DNA of 64,000 nucleotides from the NCBI GenBank assembly GCA_964016885.1, contig OZ024747.1, forward strand, positions 22,754,001 through 22,818,000, in the 5' to 3' direction. How positions within the stretch are numbered: the stretch's first letter is position 1; each line of letters opens with the position of its first letter. Positions 1 to 12,191 of the stretch are shown here, in pieces. The notes below the pieces were generated by a model. The model was given only the letters and a program-made list of their open reading frames with translations, did not search any database and was not told where the DNA came from. A program made the position numbers and the translations under genes. The stretch is from Eledone cirrhosa. Taxonomy: Eukaryota.

Positions 1-909
1 TCATCATCATCATCATCATCGTTTAACGTCCATCTTCCACGCTTGCATGGGTTTGGACGGGAATTTTCCCACTTGAGGCAAGATTGGTTGTCTTGCTCGT
101 ATAGGACTGTCTGGTGGGTTTTCTACGGCTGGATGCCCTTCCTAACACCAACCACGTTTACAGTGTGGACTGGGAGGTTTTTACCGTCTTACCTACACGG
201 CCACATTACAGCGTGGACTGTGTGTTTTTTTGTCGTGACACCTACACGACCTCATTTGTTTCGGACTGGATGTTGTGGTACCAACATAACTTTACATTGA
301 AAGGGGTGGTGTGGATGGGGTGGGGGGTAGTGGGACGGGGGTGTATTTTTGCTAAGAGGTGCCTACTGACTGTAGGTTTCGCTTTGTACTTAGGCAAGGC
401 GGGTCTTCTGTATTACTGTGTAGCGCCAAAGATCTCGGTCCAGTGACATTGTCTTGGAGAGGTGTTAAGTGTGTGAGGTCGGAATTTATCAAGTCGTCCC
501 AGGTTTTTCTGGGTCTGCCTACTCCGTGGCTACTGTCTATTTTTGTCGCCCTGCACTTTTTTATACAGCTGTCGACTTTCATGCGCATCACGTGACCATA
601 CCAACGTAGTCTTCTCTCGAGTAAACAACATCTGATCCCTCTTATTCCTAATTTCTCCCTTAGTTCATTTATGCTTTGCCGTTCACGTATATTACTATTA
701 CACATCCAACGGAGCATGCAAGCTTCGTTCCTCTCCAGTCTGCGTATACCCTCTGCACACAATGCCCAAGTCTCACTGCTATGTAACATCGCTGTTTGTA
801 TGCAGGCATCATACAGCCTGCCTTTCATTTTTAGAGAGAAACCTTTAGCAGCCAATAGTGGTATAAGCTGTCTGAACTTTTTCCATCCCGTTCTGACTCT
901 AGCTACTGT
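1..909 (-). mobile_element. 5'-truncated RTE-clade LINE (C-terminal ORF plus 3' UTR, (GAT)n tail)
   Basis: ORF 352-936 (RLRWYGHVMR..GRPRKTW); very similar to the 3' end of the 13306-17252 element. Confidence 0.88.
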
Positions 910-973
910 ATATAGATAAATATTAAATATAGTCAAGTGTCAAAGCTTTTATTAACATTTCTTATTTTTGCAG

Positions 974-1054
974 TGGTCTCCTGATGAAAAGATTCTCCTT
1001 TTTGGCTTGACAAATGGAGAAGTAACTGCTTTTGATAACATGGGTAACCATATT
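974..1054 (+). CDS. WDR35: WDR35 exon (WSPDEKILLFGLTNGEVTAFDNMGNHI)
   Basis: ttttgcag| ... |gtgagt; WD40 repeat peptide. Confidence 0.9.
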
Positions 1055-1847
1055 GTGAGTCGATATTTCTCTGTATTCTACATTATTTTATTCATATCCT
1101 CAAGTTTCTGCTTATGTGCATATATGAGAACTATTAACCTTTTCATTACCATATTTCTAATGAAAAACACTATTTATGATTTTCAAATAATTTGGGGAGG
1201 TAGGTAGTAAACATCATCATCATTTTACGTCCACTTTTCCCTGCTTGCAAGGATGGGACGGGTCCTATTCAGCACAGCATCTCTCCACTTGTCATGGTCC
1301 TTCATCATTTCCTCCGTGAGTTTCAGCGATCTCATTATTTATCTAGTGCAACATTTTTTTGCCCATGGATTTCTTAGATTCCTATTTTACTCTGGTGGGC
1401 CTCCTTCGATGTTTAAAAAATCCTATTTTATTTTTATAGTTATATATTATTAGGAATTGTAAAAAATAGTTAAAATATTTTGTGTATTGTAAAAGTATAA
1501 CCAATTTATTGCACATAAACTCTAGCAACTAACTAAATTCTATGGAAAATGAATGTTCACTAGTAAAATAAGTCATACATATACAAATTATGAAAAATAT
1601 ACATTGCTACATCACCCTGATGATTCTATGCGATTCCAACGAGTCTATAAGTTTGTGACAGACTTTTAACTGGTTCATATACATCTTCTGTTTTTCTACT
1701 ATTTGCAAGCTTTTAGATAAATTAATTATTATTTATTATAACAGAATTTTATTTTTTTTTATCTTCCCAGAATTTTATCTTATTTATCTTCTTACACTAT
1801 GTAAAATCAACTAATTTTATCATAAACTTTTTTTTTTCCCATCAAAG

Positions 1848-2007
1848 TCTCAGCTAAACATTTTGTCCAATATCTGTACCTCAGCCCCACTGAAATTAGT
1901 TGTTATTGACTGGTTCAAAGGCAATTACAGAGACCCTTCACAAGCTTCTCTATTGATAGCTTACAACCATGGGCATATTAGATTGATGAAATCAGAAACT
2001 GATGACA
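1848..2007 (+). CDS. WDR35: WDR35 exon (SQLNILSN...IDWFKG...HIRLMKSETDD)
   Basis: Acceptor aag| (or in-frame cag| 6 nt downstream); donor |gtaagt; ends phase 1. Confidence 0.8.
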
Positions 2008-2058
2008 GTAAGTAATTCTTTTAAATTTATATTTGTGTGAATGAGAACAAATTATATA

Positions 2059-2107
2059 TATCCAGCTCACTATGAACTATATTATATAGTTCATAGTGAG
2101 CTGGATA
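2059..2107. repeat. 49-bp near-perfect palindrome
   Basis: TATCCAGCTCACTATGAACTAT-ATTAT-ATAGTTCATAGTGAGCTGGATA. Confidence 0.9.
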
Positions 2108-2129
2108 CCAGAAGTGTTTATTTGATTTA

Positions 2130-2395
2130 CATCATCATCATCATTGTTTAACGTCCATCTTTCATGCTGGCATGGGTTGGACGGTTTTGTCTCACTTGAG
2201 GCAAAATTGGTCGGCAGACCGTGTCTCACTCATACAGAACTGTTTCTGGCAGGTTTTCTATGGCTGGATGCCCTTCCTCACACCAACCACATTTACAGTG
2301 TGGACTGGGAGCCTTTTTACCGTGTCTCCTACATGACCACTTTACAATGTGGACTTGGTGCTTTTTGTCGTGTCACCTACATGACCACTTTACAT
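2130..2395 (-). mobile_element. SINE/RTE 3'-tail repeat
   Basis: (CAT)n tail and the ggatgcccttcct..accaaccacatttacagtg core; inverse copy at ~13040-13290. Confidence 0.7.
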
Positions 2396-2458
2396 ATAGG
2401 ATTCAAAAGAGTTTCCATTTGATAAAGACTTATTTTGAAATGTTTCTGACTACTTTAG

Positions 2459-2604
2459 ATCCTATAACTATAGAAACTGAGATGTACATAGAAGATGTTT
2501 CTTGGAGCCCCCAGGGATCTGTAATAGCTGTTGGAGGAAAATATAACTCATCAGAGAGTGATCAGGACCCAAATTTCATTAACTTTTATTCACCATCAGG
2601 TGAG
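2459..2604 (+). CDS. WDR35: WDR35 exon (PITIETEMY...WSPQGSVIAVGG...NFYSPSGE)
   Basis: tttag| ... |gtgagt; phase matches neighbours. Confidence 0.9.
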
Positions 2605-3172
2605 GTGAGTTTTCTTTTATATCAATAGCAGAAATATTTTTGTTGTTGCTTCCTTGATATCAAATTTAGCCCAATGGAACAATTTCATGATTTTTTAGTC
2701 TTAAGTAAAGAGAGAAAGACATCTAAACTATAATAATCTAGTAAAAGTATCAGCATGAAGTGTGTTAGGATGCCATGAAGGAGGAAATATCTAAGAGTTC
2801 AGGTAGAATCTTTTAAACTTTCTTTTTGCTGTAGTCATTATTAATTTTAACCTTGCTAAAAGTGCCTCTGTACATGGCTTGTACTACCCTCACTAGCCAC
2901 TCATCTACTCCTAGTTTTCTAAGTGCCCACCAGATTACAGAATGGGGGACCCTGTCAAAAGCTTACTCTAGGTTGACAATTGCTAAGTAGAGGAGTTTGC
3001 TTTTAGCTAGATACGTTTCCTGCAGTTTCCTCACAAAAAAGAGGGTATCTATGGTACTTTTATCCTGGCACAAATCCAAACTGCATTTCTTCTTGGTTAA
3101 TTCGATCCCTAATCAGTTGTACAATTAAATTCTACATCCTGATTACTAAATGTATTTCCCTTACTATTTCAG

Positions 3173-3298
3173 CTTCTGAGAAATTTGAAGATACCTGGCA
3201 AGAATTTATCGAGTCTTTCATGGGATAAAGCTGGACTACGGTTAGCAATTGCTTCTGACCATTTAGTCTTCTTTGCAAACATCAAACCAGACTATAAG
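3173..3298 (+). CDS. WDR35: WDR35 exon (LLRNLKIPGK...FFANIKPDYK)
   Basis: tttcag| ... |gttaat. Confidence 0.9.
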
Positions 3299-3604
3299 GT
3301 TAATTTTACATATTTTCTCTGTAATTATCAACTTTCTGGAAGATTTCAGTAAACAATGTGTGTGTGTTTCTCCTTTTTCAAATTTGTTTACATCTATCTA
3401 TTGGAATAAATTGAATTGTTCTGGTAGTTCACAGTTGAATAGTTCCTGTTAAAGAGCAGTCAGTCAACCATGATAGACGAAGGGAAGCCAAAAAATATTA
3501 ATCTATCTTTAACCATTCTGTGAAATTTTCTGCACATACACATGCACATATATACATGCATGCACACTCACACACATACACATTATATCTAAAATTTTAA
3601 TATC

Positions 3605-3800
3605 CTGAAAAGTTCATAGGCTGACCAAGATACTCTCATGGAATGACCAAATGAGGTTTATTTTTCAACATAGTCCCTAGAAAGAAACAATGCAGTTATT
3701 AATAAGAAGAGTTGAAATTAATGCATGCAAGATTTCACAGCTCTAATATCATTCCTTCATAGTCAGCCTATGAACTATGAACTTTTCAGCCCAATTTCGT
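3605..3800. mobile_element. Tc1/mariner-like MITE remnant
   Basis: Inverted termini ctgaaaagttcataggctgac / gtcagcctatgaac..ttttcag; right end in ..cgTA. Confidence 0.55.
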
Positions 3801-3957
3801 AAGTTACATTCTGTAACTGTGAGATTCAGAGTTTTAAGATCAGCTTTAACCACTCCTGACCTTGTGACAATGTTAGTAGTTGTTAATATTATATAAATTA
3901 GTTAACTTATAAATTTCTAGCAAACTATGTTATAACTTCATATCTTCTCCTTTCCAG

Positions 3958-4050
3958 TGGGGCTATTGCAGTAGCAGCATCATCTATCATTACAGCAAAC
4001 CTGAACACAATGAAATCTGTGTGGTTTTCTGGGAAACAATCAAAGATATT
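3958..4050 (+). CDS. WDR35: WDR35 exon (WGYCSSS...CVVFWETIKDI)
   Basis: ttccag| ... |gtaaga. Confidence 0.9.
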
Positions 4051-4385
4051 GTAAGATTTTATTTTGATCAGTACATTTCATCTACCACTCCTAGTAAAAC
4101 AATTCCTGTATCATTACCTTTACCTGAACCTAGCTGATGCATCTGCCTCTCATCCTATTCTAACTGTCATTATGTGTTTCACTCATCATCATTTATCATC
4201 TATTTTCCTTGCAAAAAAGCTGAAGGTGAAATAATGTAGATAAAAAAAATAAAAAATGAGTCAGCCAATATATTTTAATTGGGAAGTATGGGAGACAACT
4301 CTGTACGTGTTACTTTAGTTTGGGTATAATCGCCACTTCTGACATGTCACAGTATACTGTATACTATTTTGTTTTTCCCATAAAG

Positions 4386-4478
4386 AAATATGTGAAATAT
4401 ATGAACAGTCTTGTGAATATTGCTACACATGGAGATTATTGTTGTATTGTTACAACCAGTGACGAAGCAGACGATCAG
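4386..4478 (+). CDS. WDR35: WDR35 exon (KYVKYMNSL...GDYCCIV...DDQ)
   Basis: taaag| ... |gtaagc. Confidence 0.88.
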
Positions 4479-4911
4479 GTAAGCAACAGTTTTTATTTAT
4501 CATTTTTTTTTTTTTACATTACACCTCTGTGTTTCAAGCACACAAGTCTTTGCACTAAATATTTTCTTTCATCTTTCTATCACCACCACCACCATTATCA
4601 TCATCATCATCACCACTCTCCCTGCTAGCAAGGGTTGGATGGCTCTACATAGACCAAGTCAGTACTGTTGCAGGGCTATTGATCTCCCAGACAAGCCAAG
4701 GATTTCTCATTTCAATTTTTCTGGCATTCCTTTCTTACTCATATTCCATTTAATCACTCATGTGAAATCATTCAAACTGAATATTAATTGTTCCAATTTC
4801 ACACAGTTACCTCAGAATGAGAGCCTAAAAAAGATATGGAAACTGATTTTTTTTTCAGATAACTAGTAAAACAGAAATTCTGAATTAAATCATGTTTTCT
4901 TTTTGTTTCAG

Positions 4912-5108
4912 TTCATTTTGGTCCTGTGCAATTCAATTGGGACACCACTGGAACAGAAATATGTTGAGATGCAACCAGTATTTATTCTGATGACTAAAAC
5001 CCATGTCATCATGGCATCAAGAGAAGCATTTTATCTCTGGCATTTCAAGAATCCCAAGAAAGCAACATCACTGATTGTTTCTTCAAGCAAGAAATCACGC
5101 CGTGAACG
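4912..5108 (+). CDS. WDR35: WDR35 exon (FILVLCNSIGTPLEQKY...SRRER)
   Basis: tttcag| ... |gtaaag; ends phase 2. Confidence 0.93.
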
Positions 5109-5374
5109 GTAAAGCATTGACCCTTAAAATGATAGAATTATATCTTTGGCATCATTATCTTCATCCTCAGCATCATTGTTTTTATGTCCACTTTTGGGTG
5201 GACATAAATGGATTGGACAGATTGTTTTAAGACTATGTTTTACAGTTGAATACTCTTCCTGATGCTTATCCTTTTAGTTGTCTCTTACAACACGCAAGGA
5301 TACAGTATATCTATTCCACACACTGGGACACACACTGCATGTAGATTAAATTAATGACAGTGTGTCTAGTTTAA

Positions 5375-5457
5375 CCCTTTAGCATTTAAACTGGGTGTAT
5401 TATTCTATGTACTATATTGACGAGTTGTAGTGCACCTGAGCACTTTACACAATAATT

Positions 5458-5499
<42 letters not shown>

Positions 5500-5682
5500 C
5501 CGGTCAGAATTCTCTCAACTTTCTGTTTAAACTATGCTGCTCATATTGATGTAAAGGTATTGTTCTCAATAAAAAAATATCAAAATGTCATAGATTCAAT
5601 ACTATGTGAGATAATTATGTGAAGTAAAGCTTTTACCATGAAAATACAATAGTAAATATAGAGGAATGTAAATGCTAAAGGG
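5375..5682. mobile_element. TTAA-flanked MITE (piggyBac-like), family 1
   Basis: TTAA|CCCTTTAGCATTTA ... TAAATGCTAAAGGG|TTAA; other copies at 8082-8289, 36457-36657 and 45912-46102. Confidence 0.75.
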
Positions 5683-5940
5683 TTAAAACAATGGAATAAT
5701 TATCTATTTGTACTATATCTAAGTAGATATCATTTTTCACATTGCCTTCACTACTGCATCCACTGATGGTGTTGTTATCATAATTTATTGTAAGAACCTT
5801 TGTTATCTTCCAAATACCAGCTTAATAATGACAAAAAGTTAGTCATATTACTAAGTCCCTCTAGATCCTTGATTATTTTCAAAATTATTTGAAAATCATT
5901 GGGACTGTCTTTCATTAGGGTTAAACTTGTATTTTTTTAG

Positions 5941-6016
5941 GTTATATCACATTGATGCTGAACCAAACCCTGCAACTGCTCAAGGTGATGTCATTGATTT
6001 CAGTAATGCTTTTCAG
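5941..6016 (+). CDS. WDR35: WDR35 exon (LYHIDAEP...FSNAFQ)
   Basis: ttttag| ... |gtaact. Confidence 0.88.
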
Positions 6017-6680
6017 GTAACTAGTGATCATCTTCATATTGTTTTCACTGCTATCACTGCTATTACTGCTGCTAATGGTGTTGTTGTTGTTGGTGTTGTC
6101 TTCATTGTCATTACTTGACCTTTCAGAAATAGTTGCTAATCTCAAATCACATCCTCTTTTAACACTTACATTGTCATATTTCTAACACACACACGCACAC
6201 ATACACACACACACACATATATATATACACACACATACATCTAGAATGGGAGAGTGAGATATCAATTTAACATATCATTAAACGTATTTCATTTGTGATT
6301 CAGCTCAAAACCATTGACTATTACATAATACTTACAGTATTGAACTGAGTGCAGTTCTTAGTTTGTACTTGCATTAACTGCAATTAAATGAATGGATACA
6401 CACACGCGCACACACACACATATATATGTTTAAAGTCTGTCTTAAGTCAGAAGGCTCATTTGGCTGGTGCTTATCCCGGTTTCATCACAGGGTTAAACCC
6501 CCAGCTATTGCTGCTGGTACTCATTTTCAGCTGAGTATACTGGAGCAACATGAAATGAAGTGTTTTGCTCAAAAACACAACACGCAACCCAGGAAAGTCC
6601 AACACCCTTACCATTAGGCCACATGCTTCCACACACACACAGACACACACATATATATTTATATATATATATATATAAAT

Positions 6681-7673
6681 ATGGTAGAAAAGCCAGGAAC
6701 CACCATAAAATCCCTGATCAGCAAAACCTACCCTTTTAAGAAAACCCACTGTACCAATAGGAAATGTATCATATGTAAGGTGAACCCCCGGATAAACTGT
6801 AAAACTAGAAACGTAGTCTATAGCATAAGATGTACAGAGGGTACTTGCAGAAACATGACAACAACATACATAGGTGAGACAGCTCGTAGCATAGGTTTAA
6901 GGATAGACCAACACTGGGGGGAACTAAAAGGACGAAAAAACGGGTCAGTACTATACAAACATGCTAGACAACAACATGACGGTAACATAGACAACATAGA
7001 AATTAGAATAATATCTAAACATAGGAATGACCCAGCAGATAGGCAAATCAGAGAGGCCAGTGAAATAGAAATTAGAAGACCAAAGCTAAACAGAAAGAAT
7101 GAGTGGAACAACAACAACACCCAAACAAACAACACTGACCTAAGAGAAGTATAAATAAGTAAATAAATAAAATAAAATAAAATAAGATAAATAAATACAT
7201 ACACAAGCACAATAACAACAAGCACATAAACACACACTAGTCACCCAGCAGACACAACACTATACACACTAGTCACACAGCACACACAACACTGTACACA
7301 CACGCAAACGCATGCGCAAAGAAGACAAAATAAAATAAACAAACAAGCAAATAAATAAATAAATATATAGACAGACTGAATAAAAAATGGCGTAGACATA
7401 CAACACAACAGGAGGAAAAAATATAACACCACTGACGATGTTGCAGATGTGCAACGAAAGATTTATGTAAATTATGTAAACTATATATATGTGTTTGTGT
7501 CTATATTGTATCTGTATTATTTTTGACTGTCGGTCAGTCAATGGCAACATTGAGGACCGATTAAGTTAGATCACAGATATAAAAGACAGCGAGAAGCGAA
7601 AACCAACCAAACAGTGAGTGTGTTCTGTTATTAATTCTGGCAATATTACACAAATATGACCCTCCCCAAGTAT

Positions 7674-7678
<5 letters not shown>
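6681..7678 (+). mobile_element. 5'-truncated Penelope-like element: GIY-YIG endonuclease ORF (6681-7154) plus 3' UTR, between (TA)n tracts
   Basis: CTNRKCIIC linker; NVVYSIRC..C..YIGETARS..R..QH..LYKH..QH; RQIREA..I..PKLN GIY-YIG motifs; hammerhead-like motif at 7432-7465. Confidence 0.88.
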
Positions 7679-7723
<45 letters not shown>

Positions 7724-7788
7724 GCCCACACACACAAACACACTAATATTTTAAAGTTATGTTTGCTATTTATTTTCTGTTTTTTAAG

Positions 7789-7842
7789 GGAACAAATGAT
7801 CCAATATGTTGTATGTGTGCCTCAGAAAATATATTGCTTATT
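7789..7842 (+). CDS. WDR35: WDR35 exon (GTNDPICCMCASENILLI)
   Basis: ttttaag| ... |gtaagt. Confidence 0.88.
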
Positions 7843-9198
7843 GTAAGTATATTTTATTGATTACATATCTAAATTTCTGAGATGAATTATTGTAAAATAA
7901 CTGGCAAACAGTTAGTTTATTCTTCAGTGTAATGAATGTTGAATAATGAATGATGAGAGTTACAGTTGTTCAATCAACGATTGGCTTACTTGTTATAAAT
8001 AGTAGCCAAATCTCTCTCAAATTACACCGAGCCCTCTTATAACAGTAAAGATAATATTGTCTTAACTATACTAATGTTTAACCCTTTAGCATTTACATTA
8101 CTCTATATTTACTATTATATTTTCATGGTAAAGGCATTATCTCATATAATATCATATCTATGAGAATTAGATATTGTTTATTTTCAGAACAATACCTTAA
8201 CATCAGTATGAACGGCTGGTTACAGCCCGTTTGAACAGAAAGAGGTGGGGGAATTCTGGCCAGATATGGCCAGTTTAAATGCTAAAGAATTAAAACGCAG
8301 TATAGCCAAGTGATTAAAAAGTTATCTTTACAATCATTATGTCGTGGGTTTGATCCCACAGCATGGCATCTTGGACCAGTGTTATTTACACAAAGCCTCG
8401 GGTTGATTCATGCTTTGTAAGTGAAATTGGGTTGACTGAAACTGTTTGGAAACCCATCAGATAGACTGTACTTATATTCCTTGTCTTATATTCAAGTATA
8501 TACAGTAATTTATATATATATATATAATAATAAATGCCATACTAAATCTCCCTGAGAATTAGGCTAAGAGTGCACCTGTCTGTAGAATGCTTAACTACTT
8601 ACATGTTTATTTCATGAGCTGGCTGCTCCGTTGATTGAACTGATGGAAGTCCATTCCATTCCAATGTCTAGAAATAAGCGATGAGATGGTCACAACCTAA
8701 ATACTTTTAATAATAATAAAATAATGAAATTATTGTGTACAGTGCTCAGGTGCACTACAACTCATCAAAGGTGCATGTATAGGATCATAAATACCTCATA
8801 GATGTGCTGGATCAGGGCTTATCTAGACATAATCAACAGCAATGTAGCAGCAACAAGCTATCAGAAGGCAGGCAGAGGAACAAGCACTGTTCCACAGGAA
8901 AGTAAAAAAAAATCAATAGAGCAAAACAGTTTTTTTCTTTGATTCCACAAATACATCTCAAAAGAAGCATGTCATTATTTATTGGTGAAGTTATTAATAT
9001 GAACATATGTATTATGTATACTGAAATATAAACCGAATATAAGATGGCAAATATAAGCCACCACTTCCCCATTTTACCATAAATTTTTTGGCCACATATT
9101 CCTTGTCTTATATTCAAGTATATACAGTAATTTATATATATATATATATAATAATAAAATGTGGAGAGGAAGCACACGAGTTAGGATATATATATATA

Positions 9199-9609
9199 TA
9201 TGAAAACAGGGAGGAAGAGACGATTATTAGGAAGAAAAATATATTTTTTTCCTTTTTTGTTTCTCTCTCTCTCTCTCTTTTCACTTCATAAACCTTGTTT
9301 GTAAATAACATTATTCTTTCTGTACCTTCTCTTTAACATGTGTGACACCACACCAATACATTTCACTATCATTTGATAATGCATAAAAATGCTGAAACCG
9401 GTAATAGACAATTATTAAATATATAAATAGATAAATAAATGCCATTGTTAAATAATAAATAAATCAACTAATACCTTAACACTTCACACAAAGTAAAACA
9501 TTTCGTTTTAATAATTTTCTAACCCAGAAAAAAGAGAGAGAGAAACAAAAAAAAGGAAAAAAATATATTTTTCTTCCTAATAATCGTCTCTTTCTCCCTG
9601 TTTTCATAT
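9199..9609. repeat. Inverted-arm element (~80-bp arms) with an internal hammerhead-like motif, flanked by (TA)n
   Basis: 9199-9281 is the reverse complement of 9528-9609. Confidence 0.75.
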
Positions 9610-9613
9610 TTTC

Positions 9614-9678
<65 letters not shown>

Positions 9679-9683
<5 letters not shown>

Positions 9684-10658
9684 AAATATAGAGAAAAATA
9701 CTGCAGGTAGCACATGGATAACATGTAATAAAATGAGTCCCTCATCAGTGATTTGCCGACAATCATAGATATTTCATTGCATTAAAAATCATATACCTCA
9801 CGTCGGTGCAATAATAACCAAAATAAGTTATTAGGACAATTGAAACGCGTAAAGCGAGTGAGACAGGAGAACAACAAAGAGTATAGCTAACCGTAGGGGA
9901 AAGAAACAAGCTTCAAAATTATTCTGTTTAGCATAAGCTAGGTGAATATATGAGCGCTTTAGAAAAAAGACCTGACACGAACGATGGCCATGTGAGAAGA
10001 GAGAAAAATAGCCTTCGTGGTGTACAGGATGAAATGAAGAGAAGAGAGGAGAAACAGTGAGTGAGTGAAAGTGTGAGGAAGAGTTAACTGACATGACAGA
10101 GGGGGCGAAAGAAGGTAGGAGAAACAGAGAGAATGGGGGAGCAGTAAGAGAGAGAGAGAAAAAAACAGAATCGCAGTTTGGGTAAATATATGTAATAAAA
10201 TATAGAGAAAAATACTGTTTTTTTCTCTCTCTCTCTTACTGCTCCCCCATTCTCTCTGTTTCTCCTACCTTCTTTCGCCCCCTCTGTCATGTCAGTTAAC
10301 TCTTCCTCACACTTTCACTCACTCACTGTTTCTCCTCTCTTCTCTTCATTTCATCCCGTACACCACGAAGGCTATTTTTCTCTCTTCTCACATGGCCATC
10401 GTTCGTGTCAGGTCTGTTTTCTAAAAGCGCTCATATATTCACCTAGCTTATGCTAAACAGAATAATTTTGAAGCTTGTTTCTTTCCCCTACGGTTAGCTA
10501 TACTCTTTGTTGTTCTCCTGTCTCACTCGCTTTACGTGTTTCAATTGTCCTAATAACTTATTTTGGTTATTATTGCACCGACGTGAGGTATATGATTTTT
10601 AATGCAATGAAATATCTATGATCGTCGGCAAATCACTGATGAGGGACTCATTTTATTA
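9679..10658. repeat. Palindromic element: ~443-bp inverted arms and a 514-bp direct-repeat period, flanked by (TA)n
   Basis: 9726-10168 vs 10215-10658 are reverse complements with few differences; 25-mer taataaaatatagagaaaaatactg at 9679 and 10193. Confidence 0.9.
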
Positions 10659-10793
10659 TATATATATATATATATATATTCAATGTGGTCTGCCTTTCAT
10701 GGTTAAACTAATATCCAATATATATATATATATATAATAAGGAGTTGACGGACCCAACATATTTATCAATGCCAGTACCGGTTGTATCTCAGC

Positions 10794-10860
<67 letters not shown>

Positions 10861-11044
10861 CATATATATATATATACATATATATCAGTTCTATATGAGC
10901 AAGACATGGTCACCTGACCTGGCATTGCCCATAACAGGACAACTCATCTAACCCATGCTAGCGTGGAAGAATGGACGTAAAACAGTGATGATGATGATAA
11001 TGATAATGATGATATATTATATGTATATCTGTATTTATATACAG

Positions 11045-11154
11045 GCCCGTGTGAGTGGAGTGGTGCATCGATACAGCTTGCCACATGTTTTACTGGAGCA
11101 CAAATATAATTTCAACGCAATTGCATCACTGATGGACATCAATTGTAATTTAAC
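11045..11154 (+). CDS. WDR35: WDR35 exon (ARVSGVVHRYSLP...INCNLT)
   Basis: tacag| ... |gtaagt. Confidence 0.9.
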
Positions 11155-12191
11155 GTAAGTTATTTAGACGTACATTTCAATATTTCCAGACAAACAATAC
11201 AATAGAATATGTCTTTGTAGTAGTAAGGAACAAATGTTGAAGTGGGGAATTTTTTATTTTGTACTTCCTTTTAGTTTTTGTGTCTCTTACTTTCTTTCTT
11301 TTTAAATAATAAGGATAATAATGAAAAGTATTGTGTACAGTGCTCAGGTGCACTACAACTCATCAAAGGTGCATGTATTGTACATAGAATAATGTACAAA
11401 TATCAGGAAAGTGAACAATGTACAAATATCAGGAAAGTGAACAATGTAGGAGTCATGATATACACACAGATACACAGATACATATGTGCGTGTGTATGGA
11501 GGGGAAATATCAGGTGTAGTGTTGGCAAATTTTGGGAAGCATGGAAGTTTTGAAGGATGTAGTGTCACGACAGCTAACAACCAATGCAGGTAGTTTATTC
11601 CATGCTTCAGCAACTGTAGGGATACTACTTAGTGAAACACTAACTCTATTTCAGCATTTCAAAATATTTTGTGTATGTGTATAATGCTATGTTGGAGCAT
11701 CTATACTAAATTTGTTAATTTAAGCCTGGCTGGCTACTGCTCAGTATGCAAATGAGCTTCATCAGCTCATATACATAGGTAAGAAATCTATAAGATTCTA
11801 GCTTATTTTTGTCTCAGCAGAAGCTAGGTGGATATGCAGCCTTGACAAGGACTAACAAGCAAGAAACAACCTTGTTGGTTGCTTTCCTGGTTTTTGCTGA
11901 CACTAAGGATGTGTGATGGCGGTCACAACCTTAAAAAAAAAATTCATAGCGGAAGACTGGCTAATATTTTCCATAAACATCCTGTATACAACACATACAT
12001 ATATATGTGTATAATGCTATGTTGAAGCAACTATACTAAAGTTTCTGATATAGAATACTGTTAATCATAAGTTAGTTTCTATATGTTTATTTTAATATCT
12101 ATGTCTCAAAATATTTTCTAAAACATCCAATTAGTCCATAATACTAGTACTGACCAGTTCAACCATTGCTAGCTGGGAAACACATTAAACA

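Noticed and set aside
980-5000. CTGATGA words at ~980, 1617, 1999 and 4988
   Set aside because: Three lie in coding exons, and none has a stem II followed by GAAA.
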